Positions 56,943-64,000 of a stretch of DNA of 64,000 nucleotides are shown in pieces. The stretch comes from a virus (lineage: Duplodnaviria > Heunggongvirae > Uroviricota > Caudoviricetes): the IMG/VR virus record IMGVR_UViG_3300017565_000001, positions 333,741 to 397,740 of that record, one strand, 5' to 3'. The position numbers and the translations under genes are program-made. The first letter of the stretch is position 1; each line of letters opens with the position of its first letter. The notes beneath the pieces were generated by a model. It was given only the letters and a program-made list of their open reading frames with translations. It searched no databases and had not been told where the DNA came from.

Positions 56943-58148
56943 ATGACTAAACTGTTTGAATCTCAATGGGCAGTGACCAAGAAGTTGCTGTGCGAAGGCA
57001 AGGATCTGACCCATAACCAGGATGGCAGCGCCAATCCTACCAAGAAGAAGATGATGGAAACCGTTCTTGAGAACACGTACCGTGAACTCAAGCTGATGGA
57101 AAATGCAACGGCTGGTGCTACCAACGCTGCAAACGTGGCTACCCTGAACAAGGTTATTCTGCCCGTTATCCGTCGTGTTATGCCTACCGTCATCGCTAAC
57201 GAAATTATCGGTGTTCAGCCTCTGACCGGCCCTGTCGCTCAGATCCACACACTGCGCGTTCGTTACGCTGACAGCCACGCTGGCGTTACTGCTGGTGCTG
57301 AAGCTCTGAGCCCATACGCCATCGCCCGTGCTTACTCGGGTAACGGTGACGCATCCGCTCCTAAGGCTGCTCCTACTTCCACTCTGGAAGGTACGGCTGG
57401 CAAGCGTCTGAGCATCCAAATCCTGAAGGAAGTTGTTGAAGCCAAGACACGTCGTCTGTCCGCTCGTTGGACGTTCGAAGCTGCTCAAGATGCACAAGCC
57501 CAACAAGGCATTGACATCGAAGCAGAAATCATGGCTGCTCTGGCACAAGAAATCACCGCTGAAATCGACCAAGAAATTCTGGTCTCTCTGCGTGCTCTGC
57601 CAGGTGCTCCTACAGCTTCGTTTGACCAAGCCGCTGTGTCCGGTACCCCAACGTTCGTTGGTGACGTCCACGCTGCTCTGGCTGTTCTGATCAACCGTCA
57701 AGCTAACTTGATCGCTGCTCGTACACGTCGCGGTGCTGGTAACTGGGTTGTTGTTTCCCCAACCGCTCTGACCATCCTGCAATCTGCTACGACTTCGGCT
57801 TTTGCTCGTACAACTGAAGGCACGTTCGAAGCCCCTACCAACACCAAGTTTGTTGGTATGCTGAACAACTCGATGCGCGTTTATGTTGACCAATACGCTT
57901 CCGATGACACTCCTGTCCTCGTCGGCTACAAGGGTCAAGGCGAAATCGACGCTGCCGCTTATTACTGCCCATACGTGCCTCTGACTTCGTCTGGTGTTGT
58001 GGTTGATCCTAACACCTTCGAACCAGTCGTGTCGTTCATGACCCGTTACGGCTACCTGGAACTGACGAACACCGCTTCGTCGCTGGGTAACGCTGCTGAC
58101 TACCTGGGTCTGGTCGGTATCAACACTGCTAACCTGAAGTTCCTGTAA
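56943..58148 (+). CDS. gp23: major capsid protein gp23
   Basis: RRVMP..IA.E.IGVQP.TGP, VEAKTR.L.ARWT.E..QD, EI..EID.EI, YCPYVPL, DP.TF.P...F.TRYG. Confidence 0.97.
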   Translation: MTKLFESQWAVTKKLLCEGKDLTHNQDGSANPTKKKMMETVLENTYRELKLMENATAGATNAANVATLNKVILPVIRRVMPTVIANEIIGVQPLTGPVAQIHTLRVRYADSHAGVTAGAEALSPYAIARAYSGNGDASAPKAAPTSTLEGTAGKRLSIQILKEVVEAKTRRLSARWTFEAAQDAQAQQGIDIEAEIMAALAQEITAEIDQEILVSLRALPGAPTASFDQAAVSGTPTFVGDVHAALAVLINRQANLIAARTRRGAGNWVVVSPTALTILQSATTSAFARTTEGTFEAPTNTKFVGMLNNSMRVYVDQYASDDTPVLVGYKGQGEIDAAAYYCPYVPLTSSGVVVDPNTFEPVVSFMTRYGYLELTNTASSLGNAADYLGLVGINTANLKFL

Positions 58149-58200
58149 TCAACTGTGGGGCTAGACCCCACTTGATACATACTTAGGTTGAAGGCAAAAG

Positions 58201-58231
58201 AAAGCCACTGAGAAATCAGTGGCTTTTTCTT
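58201..58231 (+). terminator. intrinsic terminator after the capsid gene (probably bidirectional)
   Basis: AAAGCCACTGA-GAAA-TCAGTGGCTTT followed by TTCTT. Confidence 0.8.
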
Positions 58232-58248
58232 CATCCCTACGTTTTGAA

Positions 58249-58524
58249 TCAGGTCACGTAAATGATGCGTTCCTGGAAATTGATGCCAACCATGGCTTCA
58301 TCTTGATCATCAGGCGGACCGTCGTAAACGACCACGTACAGGATGGGATCGGGATCACTGCAACGAGGATCATTGTCATCCTGCCACTCCAGATACTCGC
58401 TGATTTTCGTCAGCCTGCTGACTTCGTCTTCCGTGATTTGGTCTTGCTTGTAGGAGAACTCACCACGGCTCACTTGTTCTAGCTTGATACCAAACAGTGC
58501 TTCGATGCGGGTGTAAATGCTCAT
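58249..58524 (-). CDS. small acidic hypothetical protein
   Basis: AAGGAG SD and sigma70-like promoter upstream. Confidence 0.7.
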   Translation of the reverse strand: MSIYTRIEALFGIKLEQVSRGEFSYKQDQITEDEVSRLTKISEYLEWQDDNDPRCSDPDPILYVVVYDGPPDDQDEAMVGINFQERIIYVT

Positions 58525-58558
58525 TTACTGCTCCTTGTGTTTGTCTACCATGTATCGC

Positions 58559-58587
58559 ATTGTGGTACCAAATGAACTAGGAGTCAA
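58559..58587 (-). promoter_or_regulatory. sigma70-like promoter (TTGACT-17-CACAAT)
   Basis: Minus-strand hexamers with 17-nt spacer upstream of 58524. Confidence 0.55.
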
Positions 58588-58637
58588 GCAGTCATCTCGT
58601 TCATTCGCCATAAATACAGGTTTAATATTGGTGAAAT

Positions 58638-59780
58638 ATGCGATATTCTGAACTCATGGAATTGTTTGACGGCGGAAACAAATGGAAAGCCGTAACCGAC
58701 GGACAAAACGGCAAAACATTTTCATTCACAGTCAATGACGTCCCGTTTACGATGATCTTCCGTAGAACCTCAAAGTTCCTGAAGGGTAAACACATTTGGT
58801 TCTGGAGTCCTTCCTTTGATATCAGGGGTAGGGACGAAGATGATCAATACAAGCTGACTGGTGATGGTGACTCGGTGGCAATCCTCAGCACCGTAGTTGA
58901 CATTATGCGACATGTCATAAACAAAGAACACAATCCCAACATCATCTTTACGGCTGATGAGGCTGACGGTTCTCGTTCAGCCTTGTACAAACGCATGGCA
59001 ACCACACTGACTCGTAATTCCCAGTATCAGGTAGTTACTGAACAGGAACCAGGTGTCACAGTCATCATGCTGCTGAACGCCAAAACGCAACAAGAGTTGA
59101 GTGAAGAGGTAGTCGTGGAAGCCCCTAAGACTGCCGCTGCCAGGTTCTATTCAGAACCCTATGGCTCGGAAAAGGCTTTGATTTATTACGCTTCCATGGC
59201 CTTTGGTGGGCATCCATTGGTGAAAAGGAAACAAGCCAGTACGTCAGCATTTGAGTACAAGTATTACATCAAGGGTACGAATACGGTTGTTGGTCGTTCA
59301 ACGGCTGATGGTAAGTTCTATCTGGCGCAGAATCCCAATAACCCAGAATTCAAACCAGAGAAGGACAGGTTCGCAGCAAAGGATGCTGGAAAGGTAGAAC
59401 CCAAAGTGGAACCTAAGGCCGAACCAAAAGCCAAACCACCAGCCAATAAGGTATCAGCTGACACGGTACTTTCCGAGATTAGACAGGCAATGCAACGTGG
59501 ACTGACCAAACGTTGGACAATTTTTCGCAGTAGTTCAGCAAAAGAAATGGGTCACGACAATCCCCTGACTGTTTGCTTTGAAGTGCGTGACTGGGGTGAC
59601 TGGGAAGTTCCGCCCGGTGAAGAAGATGATGGCGATTACGATTGGCAGCAAATGACTCAAGAAACGTCAAACCAATTGCGAACAATCATTACTGCGGCCA
59701 GAGCCAAATATCCTGATTTTAATATCGGGGTACAAAGTGGTGAGAAAAACTGGATCTACATTGATGTGACTCCCAAATAA
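58638..59780 (+). CDS. putative internal head protein (multi-domain)
   Basis: TAAATA at 58611; MRYSELME leader; internal ELSEEVVVE linker; EPKV/EPKA repeats. Confidence 0.55.
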   Translation: MRYSELMELFDGGNKWKAVTDGQNGKTFSFTVNDVPFTMIFRRTSKFLKGKHIWFWSPSFDIRGRDEDDQYKLTGDGDSVAILSTVVDIMRHVINKEHNPNIIFTADEADGSRSALYKRMATTLTRNSQYQVVTEQEPGVTVIMLLNAKTQQELSEEVVVEAPKTAAARFYSEPYGSEKALIYYASMAFGGHPLVKRKQASTSAFEYKYYIKGTNTVVGRSTADGKFYLAQNPNNPEFKPEKDRFAAKDAGKVEPKVEPKAEPKAKPPANKVSADTVLSEIRQAMQRGLTKRWTIFRSSSAKEMGHDNPLTVCFEVRDWGDWEVPPGEEDDGDYDWQQMTQETSNQLRTIITAARAKYPDFNIGVQSGEKNWIYIDVTPK

Positions 59781-59840
59781 GAATCAAGGGTTAGTGAATA
59801 CTATGGGGTGAACGTTCACCCCATCTTTAGGGTTAGTCAT

Positions 59841-60530
59841 ATGATTGATAGAAAATTATTGATGACCATGTACCAGGATCCTGGTACAACATCACCAGTA
59901 GGACCAGGGCCAGACACATTGATTCTCGGCGATATGACTGCTGGATATTATGGAACAGTTGCAAGCACTGAAGTCTTCAGTGCATCTCAACTAAGAACTG
60001 CATTGGGAGTAACGACTGGAACTATTTGGAATGATACACCCTTGTGGGCAAAATTCGCTCACAACGGTTTAATCAAATACATTCCAATGGCGCCATTGGC
60101 TTACAGTTTAACTTGGCAGGCTCTTTATTTGGCTGGTGCGGTATATCCAAGTGGACCTGGTAACTATCCACCCACCGGCCAACCTGTGACTCAGCAAGGA
60201 AAACAAGTAATGAATGGTCAGGGTTATAAGTTTTCCTGCGCTTTGATTTCAACTGGAACTGATCCGGTCCCAGTTAGTACCATACCAGCATCCACATCTG
60301 AATATGCATTGATCAACAGGCTAATGAATGGACCCTGGGGTACTTCCACATATCAGGACTGGGGAGTGAATAATTTCTCCGCATATATGTGGATTATGCA
60401 GAGTCTTGATACCACTACTAATACCAAATTGAGTATCAGCTATTTGGCGAATAACGTAAACGGATATTCGACAGATCCCAATGACAACAGAAACATTTTG
60501 CATTGGCGTCCCATCCTTACGCTTCAATAA
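59841..60530 (+). CDS. putative virion structural/adhesin protein
   Basis: GPGP.TL..GD...GYYG.V....F....L....G...GT......W.KF...G....IP..P....LTW..LY.AG.VY, recalled from phiKZ-like virion protein families. Confidence 0.55.
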   Translation: MIDRKLLMTMYQDPGTTSPVGPGPDTLILGDMTAGYYGTVASTEVFSASQLRTALGVTTGTIWNDTPLWAKFAHNGLIKYIPMAPLAYSLTWQALYLAGAVYPSGPGNYPPTGQPVTQQGKQVMNGQGYKFSCALISTGTDPVPVSTIPASTSEYALINRLMNGPWGTSTYQDWGVNNFSAYMWIMQSLDTTTNTKLSISYLANNVNGYSTDPNDNRNILHWRPILTLQ

Positions 60531-60531
60531 G

Positions 60532-60559
60532 AAAGGGGAGAACAGTTGTTCTCCCCTTT
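60532..60559. terminator. bidirectional terminator-like hairpin
   Basis: AAAGGGGAGAACA/TGTTCTCCCCTTT between converging genes. Confidence 0.7.
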
Positions 60560-60576
60560 GTCAATCAGATGATCAA

Positions 60577-60720
60577 TTACTTGACATCTTTGTCTTCAGA
60601 AACGACGGTAGTGACGTCATCAACCTTCTTCTTGAAGAAACCAACAATCTTGGTGTACAGAGTAGGCGAATAGTGACCAACTGCCAGACCAGCAACAAAA
60701 CCAATAATCAGACTAAACAT
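60577..60720 (-). CDS. small single-pass membrane protein (47 aa)
   Basis: GGAGGA SD before ATG 60720; MFSLIIGFVAGLAVG hydrophobic segment; TAAATA at 60752. Confidence 0.65.
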   Translation of the reverse strand: MFSLIIGFVAGLAVGHYSPTLYTKIVGFFKKKVDDVTTVVSEDKDVK

Positions 60721-60915
60721 AAGAATATCCTCCAGTAAATTAGGACAATGATATTTATGGTGAACCATGCCAATTCTAAAGACTCCTTTAATGAATAAAT
60801 ATGTAAATCGTTCGATCTCTTGATGAGTTCCAATGATCAAAATATTCATGGAGAGCTGTCACTACTTCCTAATAGTGTGAGAACTCCAGGTAGACTTCTA
60901 CAAACTGGCAATAAT

Positions 60916-61719
60916 ATGCGATACCATCAAATAATTAACGAGCTCGTGGGGGTGAAGCAATTCGCCAATATGAACGCTCAAGAGGTTCTTGACTATATCA
61001 AGAACACAATGGGTTCGACCAACATTCAGGTGTTGGGTCAAGGCTCGATGGGCGCTGCCCTGAAGATCGGTTCAACGGTATATAAGCTGTGGCAACAGGA
61101 CAGTGCCTTCACTGACTTTGTGAAATACGCCAAGGCCAACTCCAATAACCCATATCTACCAAAGTTTTTCACTGATGTGAAAAGAATGCCTGCATTCTTT
61201 ATTCGTCACGAAGACAGTGGCGATTATGTCAACTATGTTCGTATGGAAGAACTTGCACCATTGGGTGATTTGTTGAGTGGATCCTTTCCATTGAAAATGG
61301 AATATCAAGATGCCGAAGACGAAGACGAACGTGGGCATCTGGGCCGTGTGAAGATAACCAGGGTCATTGAAATAATCAATGATTTACCAGACTCGGTCTT
61401 TCAGCCATTACGCCAATTCCAATTGAAGTTGAACGGAATGACTGGTCATGAATACAAATTAGACGACTTTCCAAATGACTTGAAACTGTTTGTTGAAACC
61501 CTTATGGAGATTAAACAGTTGGGTCATAACTTGGACCTTCACCCAGGCAACTTTATGTCCAGAGGTGGAAAACAATTGGTGATCATGGACCCCATTGCCA
61601 ACAAGGAAGACTTAAAGTTGAATCGAATATTCAGCAAGTTCAATTCCGATTTGAAGGCAAAAGCAAGTGAAGAAGCAAAACAAGCAATGACGAGTAGAGT
61701 GTTCAGAAGTGGCCAATGA
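60916..61719 (+). CDS. protein kinase-like enzyme
   Basis: LGQGSMG Gly loop, VYK, MEEL hinge, DLHPGNFM catalytic loop, LVIMDP. Confidence 0.75.
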   Translation: MRYHQIINELVGVKQFANMNAQEVLDYIKNTMGSTNIQVLGQGSMGAALKIGSTVYKLWQQDSAFTDFVKYAKANSNNPYLPKFFTDVKRMPAFFIRHEDSGDYVNYVRMEELAPLGDLLSGSFPLKMEYQDAEDEDERGHLGRVKITRVIEIINDLPDSVFQPLRQFQLKLNGMTGHEYKLDDFPNDLKLFVETLMEIKQLGHNLDLHPGNFMSRGGKQLVIMDPIANKEDLKLNRIFSKFNSDLKAKASEEAKQAMTSRVFRSGQ

Positions 61720-62152
61720 TCATAGAGTTCCCCCAAAGCCACCATGGTTTGATACGGTACCAGAAGGGACATGTAAGTGGTGCAATAAGCAAATAGGATT
61801 GACGAAGAAAGGACAACCCAGCAAGTCACGCTGGCACCCTACATGCGTCAAGGAGTACAAGTTACTGTTCTGGCCTACTACCACGAGACGAGCAGTCCTA
61901 AAGCGTGATAAAGGGGTTTGTAGGGGATGTGGTGTGCAGTGTAGTGGTAAAGGTGCTACACGGTGGCATATGGATCATATCCAACCACTAATAGAGGCTC
62001 AGGGGAATATGGATTTCTGGCGACTAGGAAACTTACAGACTCTATGCACTGCATGCCATAAAGAAAAGACTAGCAGGGAAGCGACTGAGCGCGCCGAAAA
62101 ACGAAAATTGAAAAGAGAAAGCGATGTTGCACAAAAAGATCCTATTAAGTGA
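61709..62152 (+). CDS. HNH endonuclease
   Basis: RD...C..CG, DHIQPL...G......NLQTLC..CH..KT; extra N-terminal CxxC. Confidence 0.88.
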   Translation: MANDHRVPPKPPWFDTVPEGTCKWCNKQIGLTKKGQPSKSRWHPTCVKEYKLLFWPTTTRRAVLKRDKGVCRGCGVQCSGKGATRWHMDHIQPLIEAQGNMDFWRLGNLQTLCTACHKEKTSREATERAEKRKLKRESDVAQKDPIK

Positions 62153-62888
62153 AGCTGCGATAGACGATACACCGGTGGTCATTGATGCCAATGTGAAATT
62201 TCTTTGTCACTTTGATCAGAATCCACCGATCAATGCTGCGACAAATGGAGCTGGTACTGTGGTGAATGCCGGCTATTATAGAACACAAGTCATAACAAAT
62301 GATCCCGCGTCTGCTAAATTTGGACAAGGATACTTGCTGCATGGTGGTACGGTTGGGGGTGGTGCTAGTGAGTATGTCACTTTTCCAAAAGGCTTTTCTT
62401 TCGGAACAAATAATTTCACTATTGATTCGTGGCATCTATGGAATGCATATGGATCAGCCAACGGTGCCCAACAGTATGGTTGGGAGTTTGGTTTGAATAC
62501 GTCAAACAACTACTGTGGTTTGAATCTTTCAGGAACTCGATATAACGGTGGTATGCAGCTTACGGTTAATCGCGGTTTTAATGGTGTTCCAGCAGCAACC
62601 ATCAACATACCTGGTCTATCATCTTTGTTGCCAACTACGGCGTATTTCCATGTCGCCATCGTTAGGGATGGATCGGTAATTAGGGTTTATACAAATGGTA
62701 TTTTGCGAAACTCACAAAATATCGGAGCGATAGCCATAACTGAAGGTACGCTACTGAAATTTGGTGTATCAAGTAATGCATACCAACCAGGTTGCGCTAC
62801 TGACGAAGTTCGCATCGTTATGGATCAGGTTCTGTACACTGACGACTTTACGCCACCAACGGCGCCATTCCCCAATCCGATTATTTGA
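62124..62888 (+). CDS. LamG/ConA-like lectin-domain protein
   Basis: LCHFD, KFG.G, NFTIDSW, FHVAIVR.G..I..Y.NG, DEVRI, FTPPTAPF. Confidence 0.8.
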   Translation: MLHKKILLSEAAIDDTPVVIDANVKFLCHFDQNPPINAATNGAGTVVNAGYYRTQVITNDPASAKFGQGYLLHGGTVGGGASEYVTFPKGFSFGTNNFTIDSWHLWNAYGSANGAQQYGWEFGLNTSNNYCGLNLSGTRYNGGMQLTVNRGFNGVPAATINIPGLSSLLPTTAYFHVAIVRDGSVIRVYTNGILRNSQNIGAIAITEGTLLKFGVSSNAYQPGCATDEVRIVMDQVLYTDDFTPPTAPFPNPII

Positions 62889-62913
62889 TGACGGTTATCC
62901 TAAAGAGAAAGTA

Positions 62914-63588
62914 ATGATATCAAAACGTTTGTTGATGACGAAGAAGGTAGCACCCGCCGGTGATCCCAATACGCTATTGATGATTCAAGGTGGTAGTATT
63001 GTGGATCAATCACTCAACCATTATTCTGGGACTCTACAGGGTACGAATTCAATCGTTTCAACAGGCGGAAAATTCAATAATGGTTATTTGGATTTTACGA
63101 ATGGTCGATTGAATTATGATTTGCCCGACGTTACCACCAATTTGTTCATTGAGGCTTGGGTTCAATTGAAATCAAACTTCAATGGCACTTGGTGCCATTT
63201 AGTCGGGAAGGGAAACGGTCTGAATCAAGGCACATGGGTCATGGGGATTCAAAGCCGACAATTGACATTTGCGATCGGTGGTAGCACGACGTCAAACCAA
63301 TTCGCAGTTCGTGGAACGTCTACACTCGTAGCTAGTCAGTGGTATCACCTTGCCGCAAGTAAAGTTGGCAGCAGCTACTATGTTTTCGTGAATGGGGTTC
63401 GTGAGAATACGGGGACTTCAGCCTATTCTATGATCAATACTGCGGGATTCTCAATAGCAGACAGAAGGGCAAACGATATGTATTTGCAATATCCAACAGC
63501 TGGGTTATTTGGAGGAGTGCGTATAGCTCTCAACAATAGTTCGCCAACTGCTACCTTCACACCGCCAACGGCTCCTTGGACTTCTTGA
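62914..63588 (+). CDS. LamG/ConA-like lectin-domain protein
   Basis: DPNTLLM, KF..G, FIEAWV, WYHLA..K.G..Y.VFVNG, FTPPTAPW. Confidence 0.8.
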   Translation: MISKRLLMTKKVAPAGDPNTLLMIQGGSIVDQSLNHYSGTLQGTNSIVSTGGKFNNGYLDFTNGRLNYDLPDVTTNLFIEAWVQLKSNFNGTWCHLVGKGNGLNQGTWVMGIQSRQLTFAIGGSTTSNQFAVRGTSTLVASQWYHLAASKVGSSYYVFVNGVRENTGTSAYSMINTAGFSIADRRANDMYLQYPTAGLFGGVRIALNNSSPTATFTPPTAPWTS

Positions 63589-64000
63589 TGAAGGGATTGG
63601 TATCCTTGCACACAACATCCCACATAGAAGATTGATAATGGAGACAATCAGTGAGCTTTGCTATCGCTTCCCAATCGTCACTGTTGGTGAAGTACAGCTC
63701 AGTCATCCCCATCAAATCCCGATGGAGCATGAAATCAACGCCTGAGTCCCTGATAAGGCGTTTGAAGTCCGAATGATAGTCGGAATGGTGAGTCACGTAA
63801 ACGATCGAATATTGGTGGGCTCCTTTCTTGGCCCACCAGGTTCTGGGCAAATTACCAATATCAGTCCTGACCTTGGTGCCAAACCGCAAGCGCAGATACC
63901 ACCAGATCCGTCTTGATAGCATTTTAAATCCGATCGTGATCGTAAAACATGACTTCACCCAGTCTACTGTTGTGGAGTCTGGCATGCATAAGCCAGTCAT
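63557..64000 (-). CDS. hypothetical protein (start may lie outside the window)
   Basis: ORF reaches the window edge; true start uncertain. Confidence 0.45.
   Translation of the reverse strand: MTGLCMPDSTTVDWVKSCFTITIGFKMLSRRIWWYLRLRFGTKVRTDIGNLPRTWWAKKGAHQYSIVYVTHHSDYHSDFKRLIRDSGVDFMLHRDLMGMTELYFTNSDDWEAIAKLTDCLHYQSSMWDVVCKDTNPFIKKSKEPLAV

Noticed and set aside
56907-57938. 343-aa antisense ORF opposite the capsid gene (and similar shadow ORFs at 22751..23632, 55500..56249, 51547..52176)
   Set aside because: They lie opposite strongly codon-biased real genes, lack SD or promoter support and have unnatural composition; typical shadow ORFs
61709-62152. HNH gene as an intron-borne homing element
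   Set aside because: It is free-standing and overlaps intact neighbours, with no interrupted host gene or intron structure visible
1-64000. Stop-codon reassignment, tRNA genes, CRISPR array
   Set aside because: Conserved genes are intact in the standard code and TAA, TAG and TGA all terminate genes; no cloverleaf or repeat-spacer array was seen by eye in the short intergenic regions

Overview
This 64-kb window comes from a very large T4-related (T4-superfamily) jumbo myophage. It holds the head module (portal gp20, two paralogous acidic core proteins, protease gp21, scaffold, major capsid gp23) and the baseplate/tail module (gp6, a 3102-aa wedge-like protein, gp25, a gp5-like hub with a lytic transglycosylase domain, gp53, gp26/gp51-like chaperones, probable tape measure). 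It also holds the late sigma factor gp55, the gp46/gp47 recombination nuclease, a probable Holliday junction resolvase, DHFR and thymidylate synthase. The most unusual part is a ~16.5-kb accessory block (2.3-18.9 kb) of two converging operons. The plus-strand operon encodes a TctA/TctC tripartite tricarboxylate transporter, a PP-loop protein, a cupin-like oxygenase, an NDP-sugar epimerase and a DegT aminotransferase, behind a late promoter and a highly structured leader. The minus-strand operon encodes four glycosyltransferase-like proteins, three twitch-type radical SAM enzymes and LamG-like lectins. Other notable signals: a probable -1 programmed frameshift joining the gp26-like and gp51-like genes, a dispersed family of putative adhesins sharing a short N-terminal basic-LL leader, a probably head-packaged protein kinase, and a shortened TAAATA late promoter consensus. 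All family assignments come from motif recognition by eye; no database searches were run.
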